Source: Eledone cirrhosa (lineage: Eukaryota). From it: a stretch of DNA of 64,000 bases. A program made the position numbers and the translations under genes. The stretch's first letter is position 1. Every line of letters starts with the position of its first letter. The notes beneath the pieces are model-generated. The model saw only the letters and a list, made by a program, of their open reading frames with translations. It was not told the origin of the DNA and made no database searches. Shown here one piece after another: positions 1-13,714 of the stretch. The DNA lies in assembly GCA_964016885.1 (NCBI GenBank), contig OZ024757.1:6572001-6636000 (forward strand). Direction: 5' to 3'.

Positions 1-3000
1 TATGGCGACATACACAGATATACATATACACACATACATACATATATGGCGACATACACAAATATACATATACACACATACATACATATATGGCGACGTA
101 CACAAATATACATATACACACATACTTACATATATGGCGACGTACACAAATATACATATACACACATACATAGATACATATATGGCGACATACACAAATA
201 TACATATACACACATACATACATATATGGCGACATACACATATACATATATACACACACATACATATATGGCGACATACACAAATATACATACACACACA
301 TACATACATACATATATGGCGACGTACACAAATATACATACACACATACATACATATATGGCGACATACACAAATATACATATACACACATACATACATA
401 CATATATGGCGACATACACAAATATACATATACACACACACATACATACATATATGGCGACATACACAAATATACATATACACACATACATACATATATG
501 GCGACATACACAAATATACATATACACACATACATACATACATATATGGTGACATACACAAATATACATATACACACACACATACATATACACACATACA
601 CACATACATATATGGCGACGTACACAAATATACATACACACACATACATACATATATGGCGACATACACAAATATACATATACACACACACATACATACA
701 TATATGGCGACATACACAACTATACATATACACACATACATACATATATGGCGACATACACAAATATACATATACACACATACATACATACATATATGGC
801 GACATACACAAATATACATATACACACATACATATATGGCGACATACACAAATATACATATACACATACATACATACATATATGGCGACATACACAAATA
901 TACACATACACACATACATACATACATATATGGCGACGTACACAAATATACATATACACACACATACATACATATATGGCGACATACACAAATATACATA
1001 TTCACACATACATACATATATGGCGACATACACAAATATACATATACACACATACATACATATATGGCGACATACACAAATATACATATACACACATACA
1101 TATATGGCGACATACACAAATATACATATACACACATACATAGATATATGGCGACATACACAAATATACATATACACACATACATACATACATATATGGT
1201 GACATACACAAATATACATATACACACACACATACATATACACACATACACACATACATATATGGCGACGTACACAAATATACATATACACACATAGATA
1301 CATATATGGCGACATACACAAATATACATATACACACATACATAGATACATATATGGCGACATACACACATATACATATACACACATACATACATACATA
1401 TATGGCGACGTACACAAATATACATATACACACATACATACATATATGGCGACATACACAAATATACATATACACACATACATACATATATGGCGACGTA
1501 CACAAATATACATATACACACATACATACATATATGGCGACATACACAAATATACATATACACACATACATATATGGCGACATACACAAATATACATATA
1601 CACACATACATACATACATATATGGCGACATACACAAATATACATACACACACATACATACATATATGGCGACATACACAAATATACATATACACACATA
1701 CATAGATACATATATGGCGACATACACAAATATACATATACACACATACATACATATATGGCGACATACACAAATATACATATACACACATACATACATA
1801 CATATATGGCGACATACACAAATATACATATACACACACACATACATATATGGCGACATACACAAATATACATATACACACATACATAGATACATATATG
1901 GCGACATACACAAATATACATATACACACATACATACATATATGGCGACATACACAAATATACATACACACACATACATACATATATGGCGACATACACA
2001 AATATACATATACACACATACATACATACATATATGGCGACATACACAAATATACATATACACACATACATACATACATATATGGCGACATACACAAATA
2101 TACATATACACACACACATACATATATGGCGACATACACAAATATACATATACACACATACATAGATACATATATGGCGACATACACAAATATACATATA
2201 CACACATACATACATATATGGCGACATACACAAATATACATACACACACATACATACATATATGGCGACATACACAAATATACATATACACACATACATA
2301 CATACATATATGGCGACATACACAAATATACATATACACACATACATAGATACATATATGGCGACATACACAAATATACATATACACATACATACATATA
2401 TGGCGACGTACACAAATATACATATACACATATACATACATACATATATGGCGACATACACAAATATACATATACACATATACATAGATATATGGCGACG
2501 TACACAAATATACATATACACACATACATACATATATGGCGACATACACAAATATACATATACACACATACATACATATATGGCGACGTACACAAATATA
2601 CATATACACACATACATACATACATATATGGTGACGTACACAATTATACATATACACACATACATACATATATGGCGACATACACAAATATACATATACA
2701 CACATACATACATATATGGCGACGTACACAAATATACATATACACACATACATACATATATGGCGACATACACAAATATACATATACACACATACATACA
2801 TATATGGCGACGTACACAAATATACATACACACATACATACATATATGGCGACATACACAAATATACACATACACACATACATACATACATATATGGCGA
2901 CATACACAAATATACATATACACACATACATACATATATGGCGACATACACAAATATACATATACACACATACATACATATATGGCGACATACACAAATA

Positions 3001-3627
3001 TACATATACACACATACATACATATATGGCGACGTACACAAATATACATACACACATACATACATATATGGCGACATACACAAATATACATATACACACA
3101 TACATACATATATGGCGACGTACACAAATATACATATACACATACATACATACATATATGGCGACGTACACAAATATACATATACACACATACATACATA
3201 TATGGCGACATACACAAATATACAAATACACACATACATACATATATGGCGACGTACACAAATATACATATACACACATACATAGATACATATATGGCGA
3301 CATACACAAATATACATATACACACATACATACATACATATATGGCGACGTACACACATATACATATACACACACACATACATATACACACATACATACA
3401 TACATATATGGCGACGTACACAAATATACATATACACACATACATGGCGACGTACACAAATATACATATACACACATACATGGCGACGTACACAAATATA
3501 CATATACACACATACATGGCGACGTACACAAATATACATATACATACATATATGGCGACGTACACAAATATACATATACACACACATACATACACATATG
3601 GCGACGTACACAAATATACATATACAT
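1..3627. repeat. ~44-bp minisatellite (variants ~40-48 bp), about 80 copies, runs off the left edge
   Basis: Unit TATGGCGAC(A/G)TACACAAATATACATATACACACATACATACATA. The long H/I/T/Y and C/V/M ORFs here are artefacts of the repeat. Confidence 0.97.
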
Positions 3628-3639
3628 GGCGGATGCCAA

Positions 3640-4232
3640 CTCGTTTTCGAGTACGGCCACTACTTTATATCCATGTAGGAGAACCCCTACCGATGCGCTG
3701 AACGAGTGTGACTTTTGAGTCCAGCCAGCGACTTGAAAACTCTGGTACAAACACTACACTTGGGACAATTATTGACACATAGTGCTGGGCCCATGGTACC
3801 ATGTGACGACAAGTGTAGAGAGATCTCCAGATATAAAGCAATGCCTGTGCCGTGAAGCTTTTATAGTGAGCAAAGGCACTGCACAAAGCCAGTCCCACTC
3901 TCTTAACCGAGATGATATTTACCAAAAAGAAGAACAAGTCAACATCATTGGATACCATCAGGGTTGCAGGTGTTATATCAGAGTTTTCCTTCTCCTAGAA
4001 TTCTGCCTTGACAAAGGCTAAGGGGTCATCTCACCCGGTGATTTTGGATGGCCATTGACTCTTAAGAGCTCCTTTGCCCTTTGACAGGTTTTGTTTTTAG
4101 TCCTGCAGGATGTCCAAAGTCACCCTCCTCACCAAGAAAACTTGGTGGGGTTGCCAGTTTAGTCGCCAATGACCCGACCATGAGACAGGTTGTACTGGAA
4201 CACATGTTGCCAGTAGCACCAACTGGTGACCT

Positions 4233-4233
<1 letters not shown>
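3640..4233 (-). mobile_element. Probable 5' UTR fragment of a non-LTR (RTE-like) retrotransposon
   Basis: GC-richer block ending at a (TA)n tract. The minus strand contains TCTAGGAGAAGGAAAACTCTGA, a motif I associate with RTE-type 5' UTRs. No recognisable protein domain. Confidence 0.35.
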
Positions 4234-4286
<53 letters not shown>

Positions 4287-4686
4287 TATATTTATAAATA
4301 TATAATCTTATATATTCCATTAAATATTCTACACGTGTATATATATATATTTATATGAATATATATATATATATACTCTTATGTGTATACGTCTGAAAAT
4401 GTATATTTGTATGTAAATATATTTTTATACATACATGTCCATCTATACATACATATAGATGTCCATCTATACATACATATAGATGGACAGTTATGCACAT
4501 AAAATATATTATTTATTTATATACATACAATGAATTATTAACTTATTAAAAACTACAATGTATGATTAAATTATGTTTGATTTTAATGTCTATGAAAGAA
4601 GATTATTATAATTGATCTAAATTAATGTTAAAATAAATTTTTAAAAATCTAAATAAACAGTTTATTTGTTAACATAACCGTCGTGA

Positions 4687-4838
4687 TAATATTGGTTCCT
4701 TATATAGGCATAAGACCAACCATTTTGGGGGAGGGGAAAGTAGATTAAATCAACACCAGTGCATTACTGGTACTTTATTTTATCGACCCCGTAAGGATAA
4801 AAGGCAAAGTTAACCTCGGAGGGATTTGAACTCAGATC
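4687..4838 (-). mobile_element. tRNA-derived SINE family A, 5'-truncated
   Basis: Reverse complement of TCTGAGTTCAAATCCC..GAGGTTAACTTTGCCTTTTATCCTTACGGGGTCGATAAAATAAAGTACCAGT (B-box plus conserved core), which recurs many times in the window. Confidence 0.85.
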
Positions 4839-4839
4839 A

Positions 4840-5785
4840 TACAGTCGTCATAATATCACAAATAAAAAGAGAGGGAGTCGGGCTGCTAATTGTAAGGTTC
4901 TTGTCTTTAGGTGGAGTGTTGTGTTGGTTGTTGGGTAGGAGCTGTTGGCCGATGGGTTGAGCATGTAGTGTCACTGAACCACGATCAAGGCTGCGATAGT
5001 GATGCTTCTGTGGTTTCATATTTCAACACAGGCAAGATGATCTATAATATGAACAGCTAAATTGTGGAGAAATTCATTCTATTACTACAGGTCTGACCCT
5101 TAGTCTGAATTATATCTACTTATGTAGGTTTAACTTTACCAAGATTACCGAATCACTACTCGAACTTGGGGCTTCTGAAACTAACTTATTGTGTTAGCAG
5201 ATGTTGGATGAGAATCTTCAATAAAAATATGGAGAAGCAAGGCGATAGATCTTTCTTTTTGTTTCTATTTGAATTGATTTTTTCATGTTATCTTTTCTTT
5301 GGCTTGTAAATACAACCGACGTGTTGTAAGAGTGGTTGAGTTACTGCAGTGTTAATGCTTCAGTGTTTGGAAGCCAGGTTAACAGAGCAGAAATCTTGTT
5401 GAGAGATGTACTGGTACCAACCACATAGTTATGGAGATAACGTTCAGATGAATAATAAATTGTGGAATGTCCTAGCTTTCGCCCTAGTAAGGCTAAGTAG
5501 GCTTTTTGCTGTGTTACCTTAGGTTTGTAAGGACTATTTAAGTCAATATTTCAGTGATTGATTTCTTGTTTTTGGTGGGTAGTTGCACGTGGTTGTATGC
5601 GTTGCTTATGTTGACTTATGTGGAGCCCTGGAAATCCCGTCCGGCAGGGACGGCTGCATAGACAGAATTTTGAGATGTATAAAAAACAGTGGAGGAGAAA
5701 TAAATATAATACATTCACGAAACATGTGTTACACGTGATTACGAATAAAATGTCAAAATGAAACTTGGGTCACTCAATCCTGATA
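4840..5785. mobile_element. Possible decayed Penelope-like element remnant ending in an HHR-like pLTR
   Basis: Ends with CGAAACATGTGTTACAC...AATAAA (5718-5749) then TA repeats. It has the same GAAACATGTGT(C/T) motif as the 24.6-kb palindrome. No clear ORF. Confidence 0.3.
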
Positions 5786-6289
5786 TATATTTCCTTAGGG
5801 AACTAACCCCCGTTTAGTACCCTATTGTCTTTAAACTGCGGCTTAAAGCAGCCCACCAAACAGTCCCTTTTTAATTCAAGAAGGTATGTGACCTGAAAGA
5901 AATTTGGCTGCTATTTCCAACAGGTCAAGTAACCACATAGAGGTCTTCACTCCTTCTCTCGAAACAAACATATTTGTTATTGTTAGTGATTTTAGCCAAA
6001 AAGTTGTTGTTGAAATCAGTAATTTTTTACAGGAAAGTTAGAATTAACTAATTAACTTGATACAATTGAGTGAGGGAAGATTTTAGCTGGCCAACATAGA
6101 AAACACTTTCTAAATGAGACAGAACACTTTGTAGAATAATTATTTCAATGATTCTTTTCTACATTTTCCTTTCAACTTTCTCTTTCATTTCACTTGTTTT
6201 TCCTTCTTTTCTTTAACCTTCTTATTAGATTATATGTTGTCTTATATTTTCACTTGGACTCTATACTTCTCTGTGTTATATATATAAGG

Positions 6290-6423
6290 TTCCATGTGAA
6301 ACATCATAACTAGAATACAATTGAACAACAAACAAACGATTTGTTTCGATTATAAAGAATTTGTCGTTACAACGAATTATATTTATACCACCTGAATTTC
6401 GTTATAACGGAATTTCACTGTAT
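6290..6423. mobile_element. Right end of a Tc1/mariner (pogo/Tigger-like) MITE
   Basis: Ends GAATTTCGTTATAACGGAATTTCACTG followed by TA, i.e. a CAGT-type TIR plus TA target site. Confidence 0.4.
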
Positions 6424-6687
6424 ATATATTATGTGTGCGTGCGTGTATATATATATATATATATATATATAGCAAGAAGGAGACTGATATTCTGCCGGTT
6501 TTCGAGCTTATTCTGAAGTCTGTACAAAAGATTTGCTGTGTTGATTGTTTAACTAAACGTAAGAGTTTAAAGAAGAATCTGTAATGGATAATTTCACTGC
6601 TATTTCTAGCAGGGTACGAGACTACGTAGATATATAATTGATATTTTACTGAGTGATACTTTCTGATTTACCATCAATTAAATACGA

Positions 6688-6807
6688 TCGGAACTGTCTG
6701 AATGTATTAAATTATATCAGGGAATTTTAACTAATGACACCGGTAAGGGAGCTAAATCATTTCCAATGACACCGAGTACTTGCTGTCTTCAATATAACTT
6801 TAATTAA

Positions 6808-6846
<39 letters not shown>

Positions 6847-6925
6847 ATATATATATTAATTAATATAATATATATATATATACACAATTTTTATTCCCCG
6901 ACATCAGTCTTACACTGTCATATCT
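6688..6925 (+). promoter_or_regulatory. Shared ZNF upstream cassette, copy 1 (putative promoter/5'UTR exon)
   Basis: TGAATGTATTAAATTATATCAGGGAATTTTAACTAATGACACCG|GTAAG and ACATCAGTCTTACACTGTCATAT. Homologous blocks lie ahead of the ZNF loci at 44.4-45.0 kb and 52.5-53.3 kb. Confidence 0.5.
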
Positions 6926-7687
6926 ATTCTTACTTTACAATTGTGTCTACTAGGAGTTCCATTACAATCTGTAGTAGTAAAACTACTATTTCACCAGAAC
7001 ATCTGCTATCAGTCATTTATAGACAATATATATATTTTAGACCACATATCAACCTAATATATATATATTTCCTATCTAATCTGTAGCTAAAGACATAAAG
7101 TCAGCCTCACTACTTCATTCTGACAAGATATCAATTTATGACTAAAGATGAAGAAGATACACCAACGTTAATGTCGTGAAATAAAGCTGATAACATTGAA
7201 ACTTCTAATTTGATAACAAAGAGATTATTTCTTTGGTTGTTTAGTAACAACTAACAGCACAACACATTGATTATATGTGAAGGAGGTAAGTTGACAAAGA
7301 TTTACTTAATGCCTATATTAATGTGTGTAAATAATATAATTATGTGAACCCTACAACGACCCAGTAATTATATACAAGTGAAAATATATATAACAACATT
7401 AGATAAATATATTTCTTCCTCCACTTTTATATATAGAAAAAACACTTCCAAACTGAAATGTTGATGTGATATTTTTCAATCATCAGATTCCACTGTTACA
7501 TGTGATATAAAATATATTGTTATCATGACTGTCTTTATTATTTAATTACCTCCGTCTATATTTCAACCACTGGAACAACCTCAAACAAGAAATAGTTGTC
7601 ACACCCTCAGTCAACATTTTAATGTAAGATATCGAAATAAATGTTACGAGTGTATATAAATAGATGTATGTTGTGTGTGTATATATA

Positions 7688-8242
7688 CAGTAATCCCCCG
7701 CTATATCGCGGTTCACTTTTCGCGGTCCCGTTACATCGCGGATATGTCTTTGGAACGTATCGCGGATTATTCATTAGAACATATCTAGTTTCTTATCGCG
7801 GTACGTCAAAATAAAAAGTGTTTCAATTTTAAACTTATTAAATAAGTTTCAATGTTATTAAAGTGTATATCGTAAGGAAGGGACATCTTAAGGCTTTAAT
7901 TATAAACAAATGTTTATATTTTTCATTCCATTATTGTTTTACTGATTGTGTTTTGCTCTAATCTACTACAAACCCTTCATATATTGACGGGAGATGTGCA
8001 GTGTATTACCAAGTGGCTACCGTGGCTGGCAATAGTCCTCATTAGTAACTAGTGGTATGATGGTTGGTGGTAGTTTCTATACGATCGTTACTGGCTGTTT
8101 TTGGTGTTTAAATACAAAAGTGTGTTTTAATGAGTTTATATGTACTTAAAGCATGTATGAGAGGTATTTTAAGGCTTAAACTATGAAAACAACGGTTGTC
8201 TTTATGGTCTCTCTATATCACGGTTGGTTCTGGAACGTATCC
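7688..8242. mobile_element. Tc1/mariner (pogo/Tigger-like) MITE, right end interrupted by a SINE
   Basis: Starts TA-CAGTAATCCCCCGCTATATCGCGG with internal ATCGCGG repeats. TGGAACGTATC recurs near both ends (7751, 8231). Confidence 0.55.
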
Positions 8243-8243
8243 T

Positions 8244-8428
8244 GGCTTAGTGGTTAGAGCATTGGGCTTACAATTAAAAGGTGGTGAGTTCGATTCTTGG
8301 ACAGGGTGTTGTGTTGTGTCCTTGAGCAAGACACTTTATTTCACGTTGCTCCAGTTTACTCAGCTGTAGAAATGAGTTGTGATGTCACTGGTGCCAAGCT
8401 GTATCGGCCATAACCTTTCCCTTGGACA
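8244..8428 (+). mobile_element. tRNA-derived SINE family B (V-domain-like core)
   Basis: A-box GGCTTAGTGGTTAG, B-box GAGTTCGATTC, core TGTTGTGTCCTTGAGCAAGACACTT. Partial copies at ~12200-12360, ~20900-20975, ~50610-50660 and ~50930-51010. Confidence 0.8.
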
Positions 8429-9320
8429 TATATATAGTGTATATATACTGTATAATATATATAGTGTATATATACTGTATAATATATATAGTGTATATAT
8501 ACTGTATAATATATATAGTGTATATATACTGTATAATATATATATATAGCGTATATATACTGTATAATATATATAGTGTATATATACTGTATAATATATA
8601 TAGTGTATATATACTGTATAATATATATAGTGTATATATACTGTATAATATATATATAGTGTATATATACTGTATAATATATATATAGTGTATATATACT
8701 GTATAATATATATAGTGTATATATACTGTATAATATATATAGTGTATATATACTGTATAATATATATAGTGTATATATACTGTATAATATATATAGTGTA
8801 TATATACTGTATAATATATATAGTGTATATATACTGTATAATATATATAGTGTATATATACTGTATAATATATATAGTGTATATATTCTGTATAATATAT
8901 ATAGTGTATATACTCTGTATAATATATATAGTGTATATATATACTGTATAATATATATATAGTGTATATATACTGTATAATATATATAGTGTATATATAC
9001 TGTATAATATATATAGTGTATATATACTGTATAATATATATAGTGTATATATATTGTATAATATATATATAGTGTATATATACTGTATAATATATATAGT
9101 GTATATATACTGTATAATATATATAGTGTTTATATACTGTATAATATATATAGTGTATATATACTGTATAATATATATATAGTGTATATATACTGTATAA
9201 TATATATAGTGTATATATACTGTATAATATATATAGTGTATATATACTGTATAATATATATATAGTGTATATATACTGTATAATATATATAGTGTATATA
9301 TACTGTACACAGTGTATATA
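8429..9320. repeat. 27-bp TA-rich minisatellite, about 33 copies
   Basis: Unit ATAGTGTATATATACTGTATAATATAT; AGTGT recurs at 8436, 8463, and onward. Confidence 0.95.
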
Positions 9321-9326
9321 TGTATA

Positions 9327-10820
9327 TCATCATCACTGTTTTACGTCCCTTCTTCCACGGTAGTATGGGTTAGACAGGTTGTCCTGTTTTGGGCAGTGCC
9401 AGGTAGGGTGACCTTGTCTTGCTCAGATGGGATCCGATTTTGGCTTGATTTCTACAGCTGGATGCCCTTCCTAACACCAACCTCACTGAGTGATGGGTGC
9501 TATTTTGTTGTGACACCTCCATGGCCACTTTACAGTGGGAGAGGGTGGGGGCGTATTGTCTATGTGCTTCAGCTTCGGCTTGTACCCGTGAGAAGTCTGG
9601 TCTTCTATATTACTGTGTGAAGTGAGAGGTCACGGTCCGGTGTCATCGCCTTCGGGTGGTGCAATTGGGTAAGGTCAGCTTTCATCACCTCATCCCAGGT
9701 CTTCTTGGGTCTCCCCACTCCATGGCTTTCATTGACTTCTACTGCTCTGCATCTGTTTATGTAGCTTTCATCCTTCATACACCTCACATGTCCATACCAA
9801 CACAACCTCCTCTCCTGCACACAGCATGTGATCCCTCTGATGCTCAGTCTCTCTCTCAATTTATATATGCTTTGCTGTTCGCCTATATTACTATTACACA
9901 TCCATCGGAGCATGCAAGCTTCATTTCTTTCTACGCAAGTCTTCTACAGACAGCGCCCAGGTCTCACTACAATGTAACATTGCTGTTCGTATGCACTCAT
10001 CATACAGTCTGCCTTTCATTTTGAGGGAAAAGCCTTTTGCAGCTAGCAGTGGCAGTAGCTCCCTAAACTTCAATCCCGTTGTTACCCTGGTTACTGTACT
10101 TTCAGAACACTCACCTCCTGCTCATTTGGTCACCTAGGTAGCAAAAGCTGTCTATTGTTTCTACAGATCTCTCCCAGAGTTTGGTGGTGCTTGTTTCTTT
10201 AGTTCTGCCATAGATTCAGCTATAAGTGTAAGATCATCCACATATAGGTGTTCCTATGGGCATCAGGTCTTAAACTCTTCTGTTATAGCCTGCAATACTA
10301 TTATAAACAGGAGAAGGCTAAGAACAGAGCCCTGGTGGACACCGACCTGTATGCTAAATTCCTCGCTATAGTAATTGTTAAGCCTAACTTTACTAACATG
10401 TCCCCTATACATGGCTTGTACAGCTTTCACAAGCCACTAATCTACTCCTAGTTTTCTAAGAGCCCACCAGATTATAGCACGGGGCACTCTGTTGAAGACT
10501 TTTTCCATATCGACAAGAGCCAGGTAGAGCTGCTTGCTTTTAGCTAGGTACTTTACCTGTAACTGCCTCACGAGGAAGAGGGCATCAGTGGTGCTTTTTC
10601 CTGTCACGAGCCCAAACTGCATCTCACCTAGTTTTACCCAGTCCCTGATCAACTGTGCTATGACTCTTTCCATTACGTTCATGACCTGGTCCATCAGCTT
10701 TATACCTCTATAGTTTCTTCTATCTAGTGCATCTACTTTACCCTTGTAGCAGTTGACGATGATGCTGCTGCACCAATCCTTTGGTATGACACCCTCTAGT
10801 ATTACCTGGTTAACAATATG
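9327..10820 (-). mobile_element. Decayed RTE-clade LINE (RT C-terminal half plus 3' end with (GAT)n tail)
   Basis: Minus-strand peptides EMQFGLVTGKSTTDALF, DMEKVFNRVPR and MLRWMC..RRLCWYGHV..GRPKKTW. The tail reads CATCATCA on +. Confidence 0.9.
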
Positions 10821-11253
10821 TGGTTATTACTTTATCTACCCATTTGTCAGTTAATAGTATACCTACACCACCCATCCCATGTCATTTCCCACCCAGAAAA
10901 GTTTATAGCACTAACTTTTGCCTACAAGGACTCTAGCGGACTCTCCTCTCCATCTAGTCTCTTGCACACAGCATACGTCAATATCCTTTCACTCTCGCAT
11001 GTCTATAATTTCTCCTGCCCTTCCTTTCATTGTGCTTATGTTGATGGTTCAAACTCAGAGTTTTGGACATTTGCCATCATTTGTGGGAGAGGGTGAATTT
11101 TTGCAGGGGAGTGTGTAAGCTTCCTGTCTCTGAATTAAAGCTTTGCATGGGTGCTTGGTAACTTGCGGATTTATATTTATTTATTTATAGGGGGTTGTTC
11201 CATTTATCTTTCACTCCTCCATACATAACAGTGAACAAGAATTCTTTGGTGCA

Positions 11254-11772
11254 GGGCTAGAAGGACAGTAGTAGTAATGGCAAAGTTTGTTTGGGCTGGT
11301 AAGGGCTAGAAGGACAGTAGAAGCAATGGCAGAGTTTGTTGGGGCTGGTAAGGGCTAGAAGGACAGTAGAAGCAATGGCAGAGTTTGTTGGGGCTGGTAA
11401 GGGCTAGAAGGACAGTAGTAGTAATGGCAGAGTTTGTTGGGGCTGGTAAGGGCTAGAAGCACAGTAGTAGTAATGGCAGAGTTTGTTGGGGCTAGTAAGG
11501 GCTAGAAGGACAGTAGTAGTAATGGCAGAGTTTGTTGGGGCTAGAAGGACAATAGTAGCAATGGCAGAGTTTGTTGGGGCTGGTAAGGGTTAGAAGGACA
11601 GTAGTAGTAATGGCAGAGTTTGTTGGGGCTAGAAGGACAATAGTAGCAATGGCAGAGTTTGTTGGGGCTGGTAAGGGCTAGAAGGACAGTAGTAGTAATG
11701 GCAGAGTTTGTTGGGGCTGGTAAGGGCTAGAAGCACAGTAGTAGTAATGACAGAGTTTGTTGGGGCTGGTAA
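11254..11772. repeat. 49-bp minisatellite, about 11 copies
   Basis: Unit GGGCTAGAAGGACAGTAGTAGTAATGGCAGAGTTTGTTGGGGCTGGTAA; starts at 11254 and 11303, and onward. Confidence 0.95.
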
Positions 11773-12399
11773 TGTGTAAGGACATGTTGCTGAGGTTTGA
11801 TTGGTCAAATAGCCAATGGTGGTGAGTGGGAAATTGTGAGATAGGTAGCCATCATGACATATATCATCACAGGAGATTCGGGGGAAATAAGCAGATATAA
11901 GTAGACATATTAGACAAGGCAAGTATGCAAGAACTTTGAAGATGGTCACCTAGCTTCGTAATCACCGAAATGAATGAGTGGGAGAAAGGGGAGGTAATGG
12001 TGGGGGTTAGGGATGAGTTTGTAGAGAAAGAGACAATGTCCAACATGGTTTGTATCAAAAACAAGGTCGAAGTATATACGTTGTGGAAACAAGTGAATGA
12101 TAATAATAATAATGTAAACAGAACATTTTGAAACTGGGGAAGAGAGATAGCTGTAGAATAGAAATAATCTATGGAAGTCTGGGATATAAGTTACATATAT
12201 ATGTTGTGATGTCACTGGTGCCAAGCTGTGTCAGCCATTGCCTTTCCCTTGGACAACATATATAGTGTATAATATATATTGTACACAGTGTATATATATG
12301 TTGTGATGTCACAAGTGCCAAGCTGTATCGGCCATAGCCTTTCTCTTGGACAACATATATAGGGTATTATATATACTGTGCACAGTGTATATATATATA

Positions 12400-12925
12400 C
12401 ATCATCATCATCATCGTTTAACGTCCATCTTCCACGCTAGCATGGGTTTGGACGGGAGTTTTCCCACTTGAGGCAAGAATGGTTGTCTTGCTCGCATAGG
12501 ACTGTCTGGTGGGTTTTCTACGGCTGGATGCCCTTCCTAACACCAACCACATTTACAGTGTGGACTGGGAGGTTTTTACCGTGTTACCTACATGGCCACA
12601 TTACAGCGTGGACTGTGTGTTTTTTTTTTTGTCGTGACACCTACACGACCTCATTTGTTTCGGACTGGATGTTGTGGTTCCAACATAACTTCACATTTAA
12701 GGGGGTGGTGTGGATGGGGTGGGGGTAGTGGGACGGGGGTGTATTTTGTTAGAGGTTCCTACTGACTGTTGCTTTCAGCAGGTTCACTTTCAAGGATTGC
12801 CACTGTTCCTCTATATTGCATGTCTCTAATTGATCTTCCTTATTGTCAAAGGCATCAAGTAATAGGCTTTTAAATTTGTCACTGGCTATGGGGTCCTTTA
12901 ACTTCCATAATCTTCTACTCAAGGT
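12400..12925 (-). mobile_element. Internally deleted RTE copy (3' tail joined to an internal segment)
   Basis: (CAT)n-CGTTTAACGTCCATCTTCCACGCTAGCATGGG and GGATGCCCTTCCTAACACCAACC. 12770-12920 resembles 27140-27290 of the long RTE copy. Confidence 0.75.
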
Positions 12926-13378
12926 AGTCTACAATTTACCAATATAGAAATATAAAATTCCCACTGTTAAATCTATCTCTGCTTCTAAAGTATTCTGTAT
13001 TATCTCATACTGTTTCTTTCTTATTTCAGAATATCAGATGACATTGGGATAAATTATTATTTTCAATCTTGGATACATCACCTCTATTTATCATCATTTT
13101 AAGACTAAAACATTCTAAGCAGAACTTATATAACACTGTTTATATAAATCTCTCATCGTATTACTGTGAAATATTTCCTCAAAACTGAGTTTATTTTCTT
13201 CACTATAAGATGATTTTGTATTTTAACTAAACGTGGATGAAAAAGAAGTTTGTATTATCTTCAGATGTTATCTGAAATATAGTTGAGGGAAATATAGAAG
13301 AAGAAATATTTTATAAGAATTATAATATAATAAAATTACAAGGAAAACATCTGTATATTCTGTTGAAAAGGAATAATT

Positions 13379-13714
13379 ATGGAAAATATTTGACAAAGAA
13401 GATTAAATGTGTAACACAATCTAAAGTGTTTAGTATTCCTGGTGAGATGACGAAGGTTAGAGAAGAGAAGCCATATCACTGTGATATCTGGTAAATCATT
13501 TAATAAACTTAGTACCTTAACTACTCACAAAGTTATACATACAGGAGATAAGCCATATTGTGATATCCGTGGTAAATAATTCTCTCGAAGTAGTGACTTC
13601 ACTTCTCACATACGTACCCATACAGGACATAAGCCATATCACTGTGATATCTGTGGTAAATCATTCTCTCTCAGCAGTCGCTTAACTGATCACAAACCTA
13701 CCCATACAGGAGGC
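13379..13714 (+). pseudogene. Frameshifted N-terminal part of the ZNF1 coding region (about 3 decayed fingers)
   Basis: Repeats of GAAGCCATATCACTGTGATATCT(GT)GGTAAATCATT with small indels and stops directly upstream of the open ORF. Confidence 0.75.

Noticed and set aside
2-3750. Very long ORFs (up to 869 aa) on both strands
   Set aside because: They are translations of a stop-poor minisatellite with no domain content.
4140-4233. Possible HDV-like ribozyme at the putative RTE 5' end
   Set aside because: Hairpins are present but I could not build the nested double pseudoknot by eye.
8360-9336. Y/I-rich ORFs
   Set aside because: Artefacts of the 27-bp TA-rich repeat.
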